From the NCBI GenBank assembly GCA_965153285.1, contig OZ229117.1: 64,000 bases of DNA; one strand, written 5' to 3'. The notes under the pieces were generated by a model. It was not told the origin of the DNA. It saw nothing but the letters and a program-made list of their open reading frames with translations, and did not search any database. The position numbers and the translations under genes are program-made. Shown piece by piece: positions 38,004-49,032 of this stretch (positions within the stretch are counted from its first letter, which is position 1; each line of letters starts with the position of its first letter). The DNA comes from Podarcis tiliguerta. Its lineage: Eukaryota.

Positions 38004-38004
<1 letters not shown>

Positions 38005-38046
<42 letters not shown>
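38005..38046. repeat. (GAAA)n microsatellite
   Basis: Direct reading. Confidence 0.9.
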
Positions 38047-38047
<1 letters not shown>

Positions 38048-38049
38048 GA

Positions 38050-38222
38050 GGAAGAGTCATAGTTCAGTGGCAGAGCATACACTTTGCATGCAGAAAGTTC
38101 CAGGTTCAATTCCCTGTGTCTCCAGCTAGCACTGCCTGAAACTCTACACAGCTGCTGCAAGTAGGTGCTTACAGTATGGCCCATTGGTCTGACTCAGTAG
38201 AAGGCAGCTCCCTATGTCCCTG
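38050..38222 (+). mobile_element. tRNA-derived SINE (Squam3-like)
   Basis: tagttcagtggcagag A box, ggttcaattcc B box, aaggcagctccctatg tail. Confidence 0.65.
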
Positions 38223-38379
38223 TGCTACTTGATGTAGCAGGGAAGCTGATATTGGCACCAACAGCAACTTCCTTCCTGCAGGAGGTATCTTTAGGGAAGC
38301 AGTTTTTTTCAGAACCACAGCATGGGGAGAAATCTGTTACTTGGCCCTCAAGAAATTTCTTCCTGGCAAGCAGGTCACA

Positions 38380-38517
38380 CAGTGGTTCTCAGCCTGTGGG
38401 TCCCCAGATGTTGTTGAACTACAACTCCCATCATCCCTGAGCTCTGGCCTTGCTAGCTAGCGGTGATGGGAGTTGTAGTTCAACAACATCTGGGGACCCA
38501 CAGGTTGAGAAAGGCTT
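38380..38517. mobile_element. Palindromic MITE (actacaactcccatcatccc family)
   Basis: Near-perfect inverted arms cctgtgggtccccagatgttgttgaactacaactcccatca; degraded relatives at ~2435, 24855, 28890, 55575 and 55740. Confidence 0.8.
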
Positions 38518-38519
38518 AG

Positions 38520-38690
38520 ACCATTTCACTGTCAAAGAGCTCTTGTTGTCAGAATGTTTAGTCAGAATCCCCTTTCTTGTAATTTATATCCATTGGTTTG
38601 GGTGCTACCTTCCGGGGCAGCCAAAAACAAGCTTGCTCCATCTTTCATGAGACAGCCTTTTAGATATTTGAGAAAGGCTGTCAAATCACT
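38520..38690 (-). mobile_element. CR1 ORF2 3' fragment
   Basis: Reverse match to the CR1 at 48628-48968 (acaagcttgctccatc..gacagccttttagatatttga). Confidence 0.65.
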
Positions 38691-40910
38691 TTGTGTGTCC
38701 TTGTGTGTAGAAACCTCTGGCTTTTGCATGGCTGGAATGCAATTTACCATACCAATTACTCTGCCCACTTTTGTCCCTGACCCTGCCCTCCACTGGCATG
38801 TGGAACCTGTCAGGTTCCCCATGAGTATGTGGTCTTTGGGTTGAAAAAATGTGGGCAACCACAAATTGAATTCAGCAACGGCCCTACTTAGCCTCTTCCT
38901 CAAGGTTAGGCAGGAAGAGAACAAAGTTATGAGTGACACCTCCTCTCTCTCACATAATCTTTGGGCCATTCTGTGACAATGGCTGGAGTCAAGGACTAGG
39001 TGTCCACCTTATCTTTGAATTTCCTGCCTTTTGTTTGTGAGTGTAATGCAATGCTCTGGTTATTAGCTACACGGGGCAGGAATTTTGCTAGTGTTCTCTT
39101 ATTAAAATGGGCTGTTTATACAATCCATTACATCTCCTTGTATACTTCCCTTCCTCTGTCTCTGTGATTTCTTTTGCTTTAGTGATTTTATAATTAAATT
39201 CTCTTCACACAATAAGGAGTTATCATGATATATCCCATTTATTGTGAACAATTTATAAAGAACTTTTGATGTGCAAATGTTTATGGCCATTCCATACTCT
39301 CCAGCATTTCCCAGATGAGAACAGAGACAGTCTTGCAGAAAATACAAGGAGGGAAAAATTAATGACAGAAAATTAAATGCAGATTTATTTATTTATTTTT
39401 GCAGGATGGGTGTGTGAGTAATTCATCTACTATCAATGCAAGGTTTGGTGTCTGAACACCCTCTTCCCCTTTATACATTGTTGAAGACTCTTCATAGGCT
39501 GCTATATAGTTGGGCAACTGAATGTGGGCCTCTAGGGCTCCTTACCTGGTCGCCAGACCTCTCCCCAGGCCACACCTTCACTGCCCTGCATTGTAATCTC
39601 CTTGAGTGTTTTTGGCTGGCTGGAATGTGTTCCTGAACTTTGATAATAGCTTTTGTGTGTCTTGATGAAGGATGTGTATGTGTAGAAACTAGTCTGTTGT
39701 ACAAAGGTAAAATCTGCCTTGTTGCTCTGCTCCACTTTTTGAGCCGTCATGTGGCTCTTGGAAGCCCCCCGCCCCAAGGCATGTGGCCCTCAAGCTAAAG
39801 AAGGTTCCCCAGTCCTACGTAAACCAACCAGAATAGTTCACTTGAATGCACACACACTGAACGATGACAACGAAACGGTGCAGAACTGGCACTATTACAG
39901 GGGCCGTATAATACTCATTCAAAATAAAAGATAATAGTTCAAAAGTAATGAAACTATAAAAAATGAAAAGAATTAAAATGCAAATAGAGAAAACAACACA
40001 TCAATATTAAACATCCTTTCCTTAAAAGCAGCCAGTTCCCAAAGACCTGTCTTGAAAGAAACAGTTTTTACCTGCAGATGGAAAGTTAACAAGGAGGGTG
40101 CGAGGCTAGTCTCTCTAGGAAGGGAGTGCAAAGTCAAGAGGAAAAGCCACCAAGAAGATGCTTCTTCCAAAACCTGAATACGAAGATGAGGTTGGCACAT
40201 TTGGATCAAAATAGGGCTCCTTTGAGATGAGCCCCCTGAAGCAATTTGAAGCAAATACCGCCCCCCCCGATATTTAAAGATGTCCAGAGTTTTAAAAATG
40301 CATGACCTAAGCCAGACAGCCTGTCAACAAAATGATAGGGCGCAGGGAAATGCCATATAAGGGAAACATCAGCATGGGGAGAGGGAAAGGAGTAGAGCTG
40401 GAGTTTGCTCATTGAGAAGTTTATCTATCTTCCAATCCACCCAACACTCTCCACTCACAATGTTTGTGGGGAGGGATGCTGATTCTATAAATCTTTTATC
40501 TCAGTGCCTTTCCTCCCCATCTTTGGCAAGTTCTCTGAACTAGCTCTTTAAGTGGAGTTTGTTGGTGGCATTTTTATTTTAGTATTGTCTCTTATTTATC
40601 CTTAACACAGCCTTTCTACCTGCTGGTTTCTTCTTCATTCTTTTGCATCCTTCCCAATCCATCCCAGTCTTCTTAGGCAGGGTCACTGCCCTCAATCACA
40701 TCATCTGGCTTAATTCTGGCCATAGGGGAAATCCCACCCCCACCCCCATTTTATTTACAGCTTTCAGAATCCTATGCATTTACCCTTCACTTAAAAACCA
40801 CCCCATCAGTGTTTTTCTATCATCTTCCATCCTTCACAATTCAGCATAGTCCCTTCTTTATTATATAAAAAAGTACTGCAACATGTCTATGTCTTAATAA
40901 TTAACCTATA

Positions 40911-41144
40911 CAGTGGTACCTTGGGTTAAGAAGTTAAGAACTTAATTCGTTCCAGAGGTCTGTTCTTAACCTGAAACTGTTCTTAACCTGAAGCACTACT
41001 TTAGCTACTGGGGCCTCCTGCTGCCACTGCGCCACCAGAGTACAATTTCTGTTCTCAACCTGAAGCAAGGTTCTTAACCCGAGTTACTATTTCTGGGTAA
41101 GCGGAGTCTGTAACCTGTAGCGTATGTAACCCAAGGTATCACTA
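40911..41144. mobile_element. Tc1/mariner MITE (same family as 23983 and 54445)
   Basis: TA-CAGTGGTACC..GGTATCACTA-TA. Confidence 0.8.
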
Positions 41145-41980
41145 TAGTCATTAGTTTGGCAAATTTCCCCTCATCCTTTCATCCATGTCTCCCTTTGTGC
41201 CCAGGCTCAGCTAGCCTTCATGTGGGCTCCACTCTTCCCTTTCAAAGCATTTCCTGAGCCCAAATCAAATGTTATTCATAGAATTTCAAATATTGCAGCC
41301 CATTTGATACACCCCACAATTTAAGGTGTCTTTACTAGCACACAAGACCTGAAAGGTTTGGGAGCCAAGCAGTGTTAGAAACAGATATGAAAGCTAGGAG
41401 CTAAATGGCACCTTAAACTTAGGTTATGGGCACAACAATGGAAAGCCTAGGGTTTTTTTTATATGTAACAATACAAAGCTGAAAATGAATAACTGCAGCT
41501 TAAATATTATGTTCATTTTTCACATGGTCTGCCCACCCCCCTAATATTCATAAGAAGGTCTCTTCTCCAGTCTTCAGAGAGTAGCTGGAAGTGGGGAGGC
41601 AGAAAAAGGTCCACTTTTCCATCCACTCTGCAGTTTTAATCTGAAATCTTAGGCACAGTACTGCACCCAGAGCTCAGAAACTGCTCGCGCTAATGAAATT
41701 CCCTGTCGCAAAATGTGTGTAGAACAATGGGAGTTTCAAACACTAGAGCCAAGTACCTAATATCAACCATCTCAGGTCCTATGACTGGCAGGTGATGTTT
41801 TTGCTGGGTGCTGTTCTGAACTGTGACAGCGCCTTCTCAGTGGTGGCTCCCTATTGGTCTCCCTGGCTTCCCTAGTAAGGTCAGTCTATCTCCCTTGTTA
41901 TTAATGTTCAAGAGGAATTAAAAAACATTCCTTTTCATCTAGGCTTTGGAAAGATACTGTCGCTGGCAACTTTGAAATTA

Positions 41981-42170
41981 CAGTGGTACCTCCAGTTGCA
42001 AATGGGATCCGTTCCTGAGGTTTTTGCTATCTGAGGATCACTGTTATACGCATGGGCATGGCGGTATACCGCTTCTGCACATGCACATGTGGCGAAACAC
42101 TTCCAGGTTTGCTGCTTTTGCAACCTGAAGTTTATGTTACCGGAGGGTAACATAACCTGAGGTGCTACTG
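41981..42170. mobile_element. Tc1/mariner MITE with a different internal sequence
   Basis: TA-CAGTGGTACCTC..GAGGTGCTACTG-TA. Confidence 0.75.
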
Positions 42171-43312
42171 TATAATCTGTATAATCTGTGAGCATACATG
42201 ACTGTTAAACATGTTTTAAGATGCTGCATCCACCTAAGCCTACTCAGAGTAATGGGCCTAAGTTAGTTGTGTCCATTAATTTCAATGGGTCTACTCAGGG
42301 TAGAACTAATGTTCGATACTGCCCAATGATTTAAAATTGTGTTTAAATCTTTTAACTGCATTTTTATTTTTTTTAATTGCATTGTTTTACTACTTTGCCT
42401 CTCTGGGGTCCTTAGGGAGGAAGGGCCGGAACAGAAGTGTAATAAATCAATAAATAATTATGTTTGGTTAGTCACATGCCTGCCTCGGATCAAAACCAGA
42501 GTGTCTTGCACCATTCAGCCATCAAGCTCGACAGGACCATGTGACCTGGCCTTTATGAAAAAGAAGCTACAGCAACGTCTTTTGAAAGAGCACTGCAAAG
42601 ATGCAAAGAGCCAGGGCCGTAAGAGAAGAGAGAATGCTGTCTGCCACAAGAGAGCCTGATGATGAAAGCCACCAGTGATTAAAAAAATATTTAATACCAA
42701 TTAACATGGCAAGCCTATAATATCTACTTATCTAAACTGCTTGGGAATTATCCGCTTTTCACCCCCTAACCTACCCGCTAATTTTCACCAAAAAACACAG
42801 GTCAGGCTTTAGCTACCCCAATTAGTTATTTGGATGCCACACAAAGAAGAGGCAGCGTGGTTATCACAAAAAATGAGAGAGGGGAAGAGAATCGGCAAAT
42901 CTTAGACATTGTGTTAAAACAACAGATTTTAGGGTGTTTGATTTACCATTCAGCTCCGCGCAGCTGCAGCTTGGGAAATCGGAAACATGCCAAAGAAAAG
43001 ATGCTGGGGTGTTTAAAAAAATACACACAGGGAGGGAAAAAAGGAGGAGAGAGAAAGAAAAGAAAAGCAGAAGAAAGGGAAGTCAAAGATATTTGCAAAT
43101 TTAACTAGATTTTAAAGTCAGCCTTGGAGAAATAAACCCACAGAGGTTTCCTGTGCGCAGTTTGCTACTAGCTTCTCTGCATGCACAGGTTTCAGCTAGT
43201 CGTTTATAGGACACATCAAAAACCTAAAAAACAAAAAACCCAATCTTCTTCCAGTTGCTTATTAATTTATTCACTAATAATAATAATAATAATAATAAAT
43301 TTTATTTATATC

Positions 43313-43346
43313 CCGCCCTCCCCAGCCGAAGCCGGGCTCAGGGCGG
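43313..43346 (-). other. L2 3' terminal RNA stem-loop
   Basis: CCGCCCT-GAG-CCCGGC-TTCG-GCTGGG-G-AGGGCGG just before ATATAAATAAA and the tail. Confidence 0.75.
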
Positions 43347-43463
43347 CTAACAACAATAAAACAGTACAAACAACACTTTAAAATCATTCATTATAAAATT
43401 AATTAATTCAAGCCACTGGCAACCATTGGGCCAGAGCTCTGCGAAGATTGCCAATGGAGGGAG

Positions 43464-46447
43464 TCAGGCTGTGCCCTGGCCAAAGGCCTGGTGGAACAGT
43501 TCTGTCTTGCAGGCCCTGCGGAAAGATGTTAAGTCCCGCAGGGCCCTGGTCTCTTGTGACAGAGTGTTCCACCAGATCGGAGCCACGGCCGAAAAAGCCC
43601 TGGCTCTAGTTGAGGCCAGCCTAACTTCTCTGTGGCCTGGGACCTTCAAGGTGTTTTTATTTGAAGACCGTAAGTTTCTCTGTGGGGCATACCAGGAGAG
43701 GCAGTCCCGTAGGTACGAGGGTCCTAGGCCGTATAGGGCTTTAAAGGTTAAAACCAGCACCTTAAACCTGATCCTGTACTCCACCGGGAGCCAGTGCAGC
43801 TGGTATAGCACCGGGTGAATGTGATCTCGCAGCGAAGACCCCGTAAGGAGTCTCGCTGCAGCATTCTGCACTCGCTGGAGTTTCTGGGTCAGTCTCAAGG
43901 GCAGCCCCACGTAGAGCGAGTTACAATAATCCAGTCTGGAGGTGACCGTCGCGTGGATCACAGTGGCTAGGTCAGGGCGAGAGAGGTAAGGAGCCAACTG
44001 CTTAGCTTGGCGGAGATGGAGAAATGCCGCCTTTGTTGTAGCTGCAATCTGCGCCTCCATGGAAAGGGAGGTGTCGAAGATTACACCCAAACTCTTAACG
44101 GACGGTGCTGGCACTAATTGCGCCCCTGCAAGAGATGGGAGTTGCCCCCCCAATCCCATATTGTCCCGTCCCAGCCACAGGACCTCTGTCTTCGAAGGAT
44201 TTAACTTCAACCGGCTCCCACGTAGCCATCCAGCCACAGCTTCCAGACATCTGGTCAGTGTGTCTGGGGCCGAGTCAGGATGGCCATCCATCAACAGATA
44301 GAGTTGGGTGTCATCAGCATACTGATGGCAACCCAGCCCAAAACTCCGGACAAGCTGGGCGAGGGGGCGCATAAAGATGTTGAAAAGCATCGGGGAGAGT
44401 ATCGCACCCTGAGGTACTCCACACACCAAGGAGTGGCGCGATGACAATTCCCCCCTAAGCTCCACCCTCTGTCCCCGACCAGAGAGAAACGAGCGCAGCC
44501 ATTGAAGGGCTGTGCCCTGAATCCCCACGTCGGCAAGGCGGTGGTCCAGAAGTTCGTGATCGACCATGTCAAAAGCTGCTGACAGATCTAGAAGAATCAG
44601 CAGCCCCGACCCACCTCGATCCAGCTGTCTACGAATATCATCTGTTAGGGCAACCAGAGCCGTCTCGGTCCCATGACCAGCGCGGAAGCCGGACTGGAAT
44701 GGGTCGAGAGCCGATGTTTCATCCAGAAACCTACCAAGCTGTTCAGCAACCGCTCTCTCAATCACCTTACCCAGGAACGGAAGATTCGAAACTGGGCGGT
44801 AATTGGATAGATCTAAAGGATCTAATGATGTTTTCTTTAAGAGCGGGCGCACCACTGCCTCCTTCAATTCTCCTGGGAATGTCCCCGTGCCGAGGGACAA
44901 ATTGATGATATCCCCCAGGAGGGCCCGCACCTTGTCTGGACACGCTCTAATCAGCCAAGACGGGCACGGGTCGAGAGGACAGGTGGTGGGCTTTCCAGCT
45001 CGGAGGAGTTTGTCCACATCGGCTGGGGATATCCGGTTGAAGTGGTCCAATACTGGACCCGAGGACAGTCGAGGGGCCTCCAGTTCCTTTATTGTATCCA
45101 AATTGGCAGGGAGGTCATGGCGGAGCAACAAGACCTTCTCCGCAAAAAAGCTCGCAAATGCCTCACAGCTATGTGTCAAATTGTTATTTAAATTTGGCTG
45201 TCCCTCAAGGGACGTTAAAGACCTGATTATCCTAATAATTGCGCCGGGCGAGAGCTAGCGGATGCAATGGAGGCCGAGAAGTAAGACTTCTTAGCAGCCT
45301 TCACCGCCATCTCGTAGGTTTTCATAAAAGCCCTATAAGATGTTCTTGAGGCTCCGTCACGGGCACCCCACCATACTCGCTCTAGCCATCTGAGGTCCCG
45401 CTTCATTTTCCGGAGCTCCTCAGTAAACCAGGGAGCCCGGTTTCTGCGGGGTCGCAGAGGGCGCTTAGGTGCGATCTCATCGATGGCTGCCAGGAGCTGG
45501 ATATTCCAGCCCTCAACAAGCTCAGTCAATGAGTCGCCAGGGGGAGCAAGGTCCCGCAAGGCTTGGCGGAATCTATCAGGGTCCATCAACCTCTGCGGGC
45601 GAGCCCAAATTGGCTCGCCACCTAAGCAGGGTGGGGGTGGAAAGTCAATCCTGGCTTTCAGAGCGTAGTGATCAGACCATGGTACCTTCATCGAAGGAGA
45701 CATGATCACATCTATACCTACGCCAAAGATCAAATCCAGCGTGTGGCCTGCTTGATGTGTGGGGCCCGAAACAAACTGGGAGAGCCCTAGTGTCGCCATG
45801 GAAGACACCAGGTCCAGAGCCTGTGAGGAGGGAGTGGCATCAGCATGGGTGTTGAAGTCCCCCAATACCAATAGGTTAGGGAGCTCCAAGGCCCAGCCGG
45901 CCACCGCCTCCAATAGGCCTGACAGGGTGGCTGCTGGTGCGCTAGGTGGCCGGTACACCAGCCAGACAGCCAAGCTCTCCTCGGAGCCCCACACTAGGCC
46001 AAAACATTCAATGCCGGGGATCGATGGCGATGGTAGAGCCCTGAAAGGACAATCTTCCCGGATTAATAATGCCACCCCTCCCCCCCGGCCCACAGTCCGC
46101 GACTGGTGGAGGACGGAGAAACCCGGGGGCGCCATCTCTCGCAAGGTAACTGTTGCCCCTTCGCGCACCCAGGTCTCCGTCACACAAGCCAGGTCGACCC
46201 CCTGCGAGATAAAGAAATCTTGCAGGGTGGCGGTTTTTTTGCCTATAGACCTGGCATTGCACAACACCAGTGACGGAGGTGAGTAATCCTTGCTCACCCT
46301 ACCCTCGTCCCTCGGGATGAGGCGCAGATTGGAAGGGGTACGAGCATATCCATATCTCGATCCCCTTCGCCTATAATATCTGCCCCCACCGCCATACCTC
46401 CCTCGCCCCTCCACGGTAGGAATCCCAAGCCTCATAGTAGCCTCCAT
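43464..46447 (-). pseudogene. L2 ORF2 (APE endonuclease + reverse transcriptase), ~994 aa, interrupted by one 1-bp deletion near 45235
   Basis: EN motifs CNARS, VTETW, YRPP, GDFN, HTLDL, SDH; RT motifs NYRPVS, QSGFR, LDLSAAFD, GVPQG, YADD; L2 C-terminus SRLDYCN..LHWLPV; adding one T joins RPAQL-FRIIRSL into the downstream ORF. Confidence 0.92.
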
Positions 46448-46692
46448 TGATGGCAATTAGTGTTATTCTTCCGCAGCCTAACACAATAAAACCTTTAAAC
46501 AATAAATACAAAAAACAAAAACAGCCCAGAAACAATAAAACAATACAAATAAAAACTGCCAAAATTACAGATTCATCAAAAACTAACAAATTCCCAAGCC
46601 CACCCAAACATCCATCCCACCCCCATATATAAAAAATCTAAAGGGAAAGGGAGATTTTAAAACATGTTAAAAAGAACTCTGGACCCCTCCGG

Positions 46693-47329
46693 GTCCTCCT
46701 GGGCAGTAGCAGCATCAGAGGCAACAACTGTCCTTGTGAGGCCCCACCCTGTAAGGGCCAGATAGTAAGTGGCAGGAACAGTCCTTGTGAGGCCCGTCAG
46801 GCCCCGCCCTGGGCCAGGTGGTAAGTGGCAGAAGGGAGCAGGGCCCTCAGGCACTCACTCAGGGAAGTCCTCCTGGGCAGCAGGCAGCAAGCAGTCCTTA
46901 TGAGGCTTCAGGCCCCGCCCCAGGCCAGATAGTAAGTGGCAAGAGCAGGGCCCTCAAGCACTCACTCAGGAGAGTCCTCCTGGGCAGCAGGCAGCAAGCA
47001 GTCCTTGTGAGGCTTCAGGCCCCGCCCCAGGCCAGATGGTAAGTGGCAAGAGCAGGGCCCTCAAGCACTCACTCAGGAGAGTCCTCCTGGGCAGCAGGCA
47101 GCAAGCAGCAAGCAGTCCTTGTGAGGCTTCAGGCCCCGCCCCAGGCCAGATGGTAGGTGGCAAGAGCAGGGCCCACAAGCACTCACTCAGGAGAGTCCTC
47201 CTGGGCAGCAGGCAGCAGGCAGCAAGCAGCAAGCAGTCCTTATGAGGCTTCAGGCCCCGCCCCAGGCCAGATGGTAGGTGGCAAGAGCAGGGCCCACAAG
47301 CACTCACTCAGGAGAGTCCTCCTGGCAGC
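46693..47329 (-). repeat. Tandem array of 107-121-bp monomers at the L2 5' end
   Basis: gtcctcctgg recurs at 46693, 46867, 46974, 47081, 47195 and 47316 (periods 174, 107, 107, 114, 121). Confidence 0.95.
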
Positions 47330-47949
47330 CACTAAAAGAGTTCTATCCTGCCCTTACCAAAATATGGTCTCCAGGCGGTTTGCGAAAGGGAGGCGTTATA
47401 AAAACATAATGCATATGAACAGGAAGATTAAAATCATTCTTATAACTTACATAATTAACAACACCACAAAAATTATGTAACCCATCAGTTTCTAAATGAT
47501 GGATGAAAGAGATGGGTTCTTACATGGTATCTAAACTAATATAAGGTTGTGGTAAGATGCCCCTCAGTGAGGTCATTCCACAGACAGGGAGTCACCACTT
47601 CATGGCTTCTGCACTTCATTAAAGTCAGTGACCACCAGGAGAGCATCTTCTGCTGATCTTAACAGGTGTGTAGGTTGAGACGGGAGAAGGTGTTCTCTCA
47701 GAAAGTTTGGGAAAACCTGTCATCTAATCACCTGAACTAGTTGTTGTTCACCATAGGTGATCAGCTAATGGCCATTTATAATACCTATTAAAGCTATTCT
47801 GAAAGAACCTGTGGGCAATGGTCAAAGCTGGGCTAAGATCAGTAGTGAATCCTACTATTGCTACCCAGACAAAGTTCCAGCCTGAAAAGGAAGCCTTTAT
47901 AGTTCTTCCAGAAGAGGAGGAGCTATTGGCTAACCTAGTGCTCCAGAGC

Positions 47950-48135
47950 AAGTGTGGTGTGGTCTCATTGGACTAGGATCTGGGAGACCAAGGTTCATAT
48001 CCCCACTCAGCTCCCTAAAGATCACTGGGTGACCTTGGGCCTAACCTATCTCACAGGGTGGTTGTGAGGATAAAATGGGGAGCAGGAGAACCATACTGCA
48101 CAAGCTCCTTGGAGGACAGGTAGGTTATAAATAGA
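47950..48135 (+). mobile_element. MIR-like SINE
   Basis: tggactaggatctgggagaccaaggttca..gtgaccttgggc..tcacagggtggttgtgaggataaaatggg. Confidence 0.65.
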
Positions 48136-48444
48136 ATATTTATCCAAAGTCTGGGGAGGGGTTTTTAACATACAAACTTTTCCACTTACACATTATTGAG
48201 CACCAATAAAAACCTGGGAGAAAGGAACTGAAATAATTTTAACACTCGGGTATGAGCGGTGGTGTAATGGATTGGCATTGTCCACCAATGTGGTTGAGGA
48301 CTAATAGCAGCTGTGAGCACGTTTAAAGAACTTAGCAAAGAGTCAGTATTAAAAGAAACAGACTAGATGTGAAAAATCACAGATACACACACAAACAAAA
48401 TTGGGGGGGGGGGGGGGCGAGCAACAGACAATACTTATTATAAC

Positions 48445-49032
48445 CCAGTGTGGTGTAATGGTTAGATTGTCTGCCTAGAACCTGCCTGGGAGACCAGGGT
48501 ACTAATCCCCACCTGGCATTGAAACTCACTGGATGAAATTAGGCCTGTCACTGCCTTCCAGCGTAACCTAATTCACAGGGTTGTTGTGAGAATAAAATGG
48601 GAAGGTGGAAAACCACACTTCTGGGAAAGAGGAGATAGGATAGTCATATTCAAATATCTAAAGGGCTGTCACATGGATGATGGAGCAAGCTTGTTCGTCC
48701 TGCGATGGAGGGTAGGACCCAAACCAATGGCTTCAAGCTACAAGAAATGAGATTCTGATTAAACATCAGGAAGAATTTTCTGATGGTAAGAGCTATTTGA
48801 CTGGAACAGACTCCCCCGGGAGGTTGTGGACTCTCCTTCCTTGCAGGTGTTTTAGCAGAGGTTGGATGGCCATCTGTCATGGATGTTTTAGTTGAGATTC
48901 CTGCATTGCAGGGGGTTGGACTAGATGACCCTTGGGGGTCCCTTCCAACTCTACAATTCTATGATTCTTTATGCCACCATGAGCTCTTTGGAGGAAAGGT
49001 GGAATACAAATATTATAAAAAGATAAATAAAT
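48445..49032 (+). mobile_element. MIR-like SINE split by a CR1 insertion
   Basis: Head 48445-48618; remainder tatgccaccatgagctctttggaggaaaggtgg..ataaataa after 48968. Confidence 0.6.
48628..48968 (+). mobile_element. 5'-truncated CR1 LINE
   Basis: Degraded ORF2 C-terminus (FKYLKG..), ggttggactagatgacc..gtcccttccaac hairpin region, attctatgattct tail. Confidence 0.85.

Larger units (their letters stand above)
43278..47329 (-). mobile_element. Young L2-clade LINE (~4.05 kb) with 5' tandem array and (TTA)n tail
   Basis: EN-RT ORF, 3' hairpin, (TTA)n tail, candidate TSD CACTAA (43272-43277, 47330-47335), abundant CpG. Confidence 0.9.

Noticed and set aside
45215-45245. Programmed frameshift or true ORF1/ORF2 boundary in the L2
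   Set aside because: The break lies in the EN-RT linker of what is normally one ORF, there is no slippery heptamer, and a single added T restores the typical sequence
43426-46286. Plus-strand ORFs over the L2
   Set aside because: Antisense shadows of the RT/EN coding sequence
46693-47329. Repeat array as CRISPR, a coding repeat or a ribozyme array
   Set aside because: No unique spacers and the host is eukaryotic; unit lengths 107 and 121 break the frame; I found no hammerhead core (CUGAnGA..GAAA)
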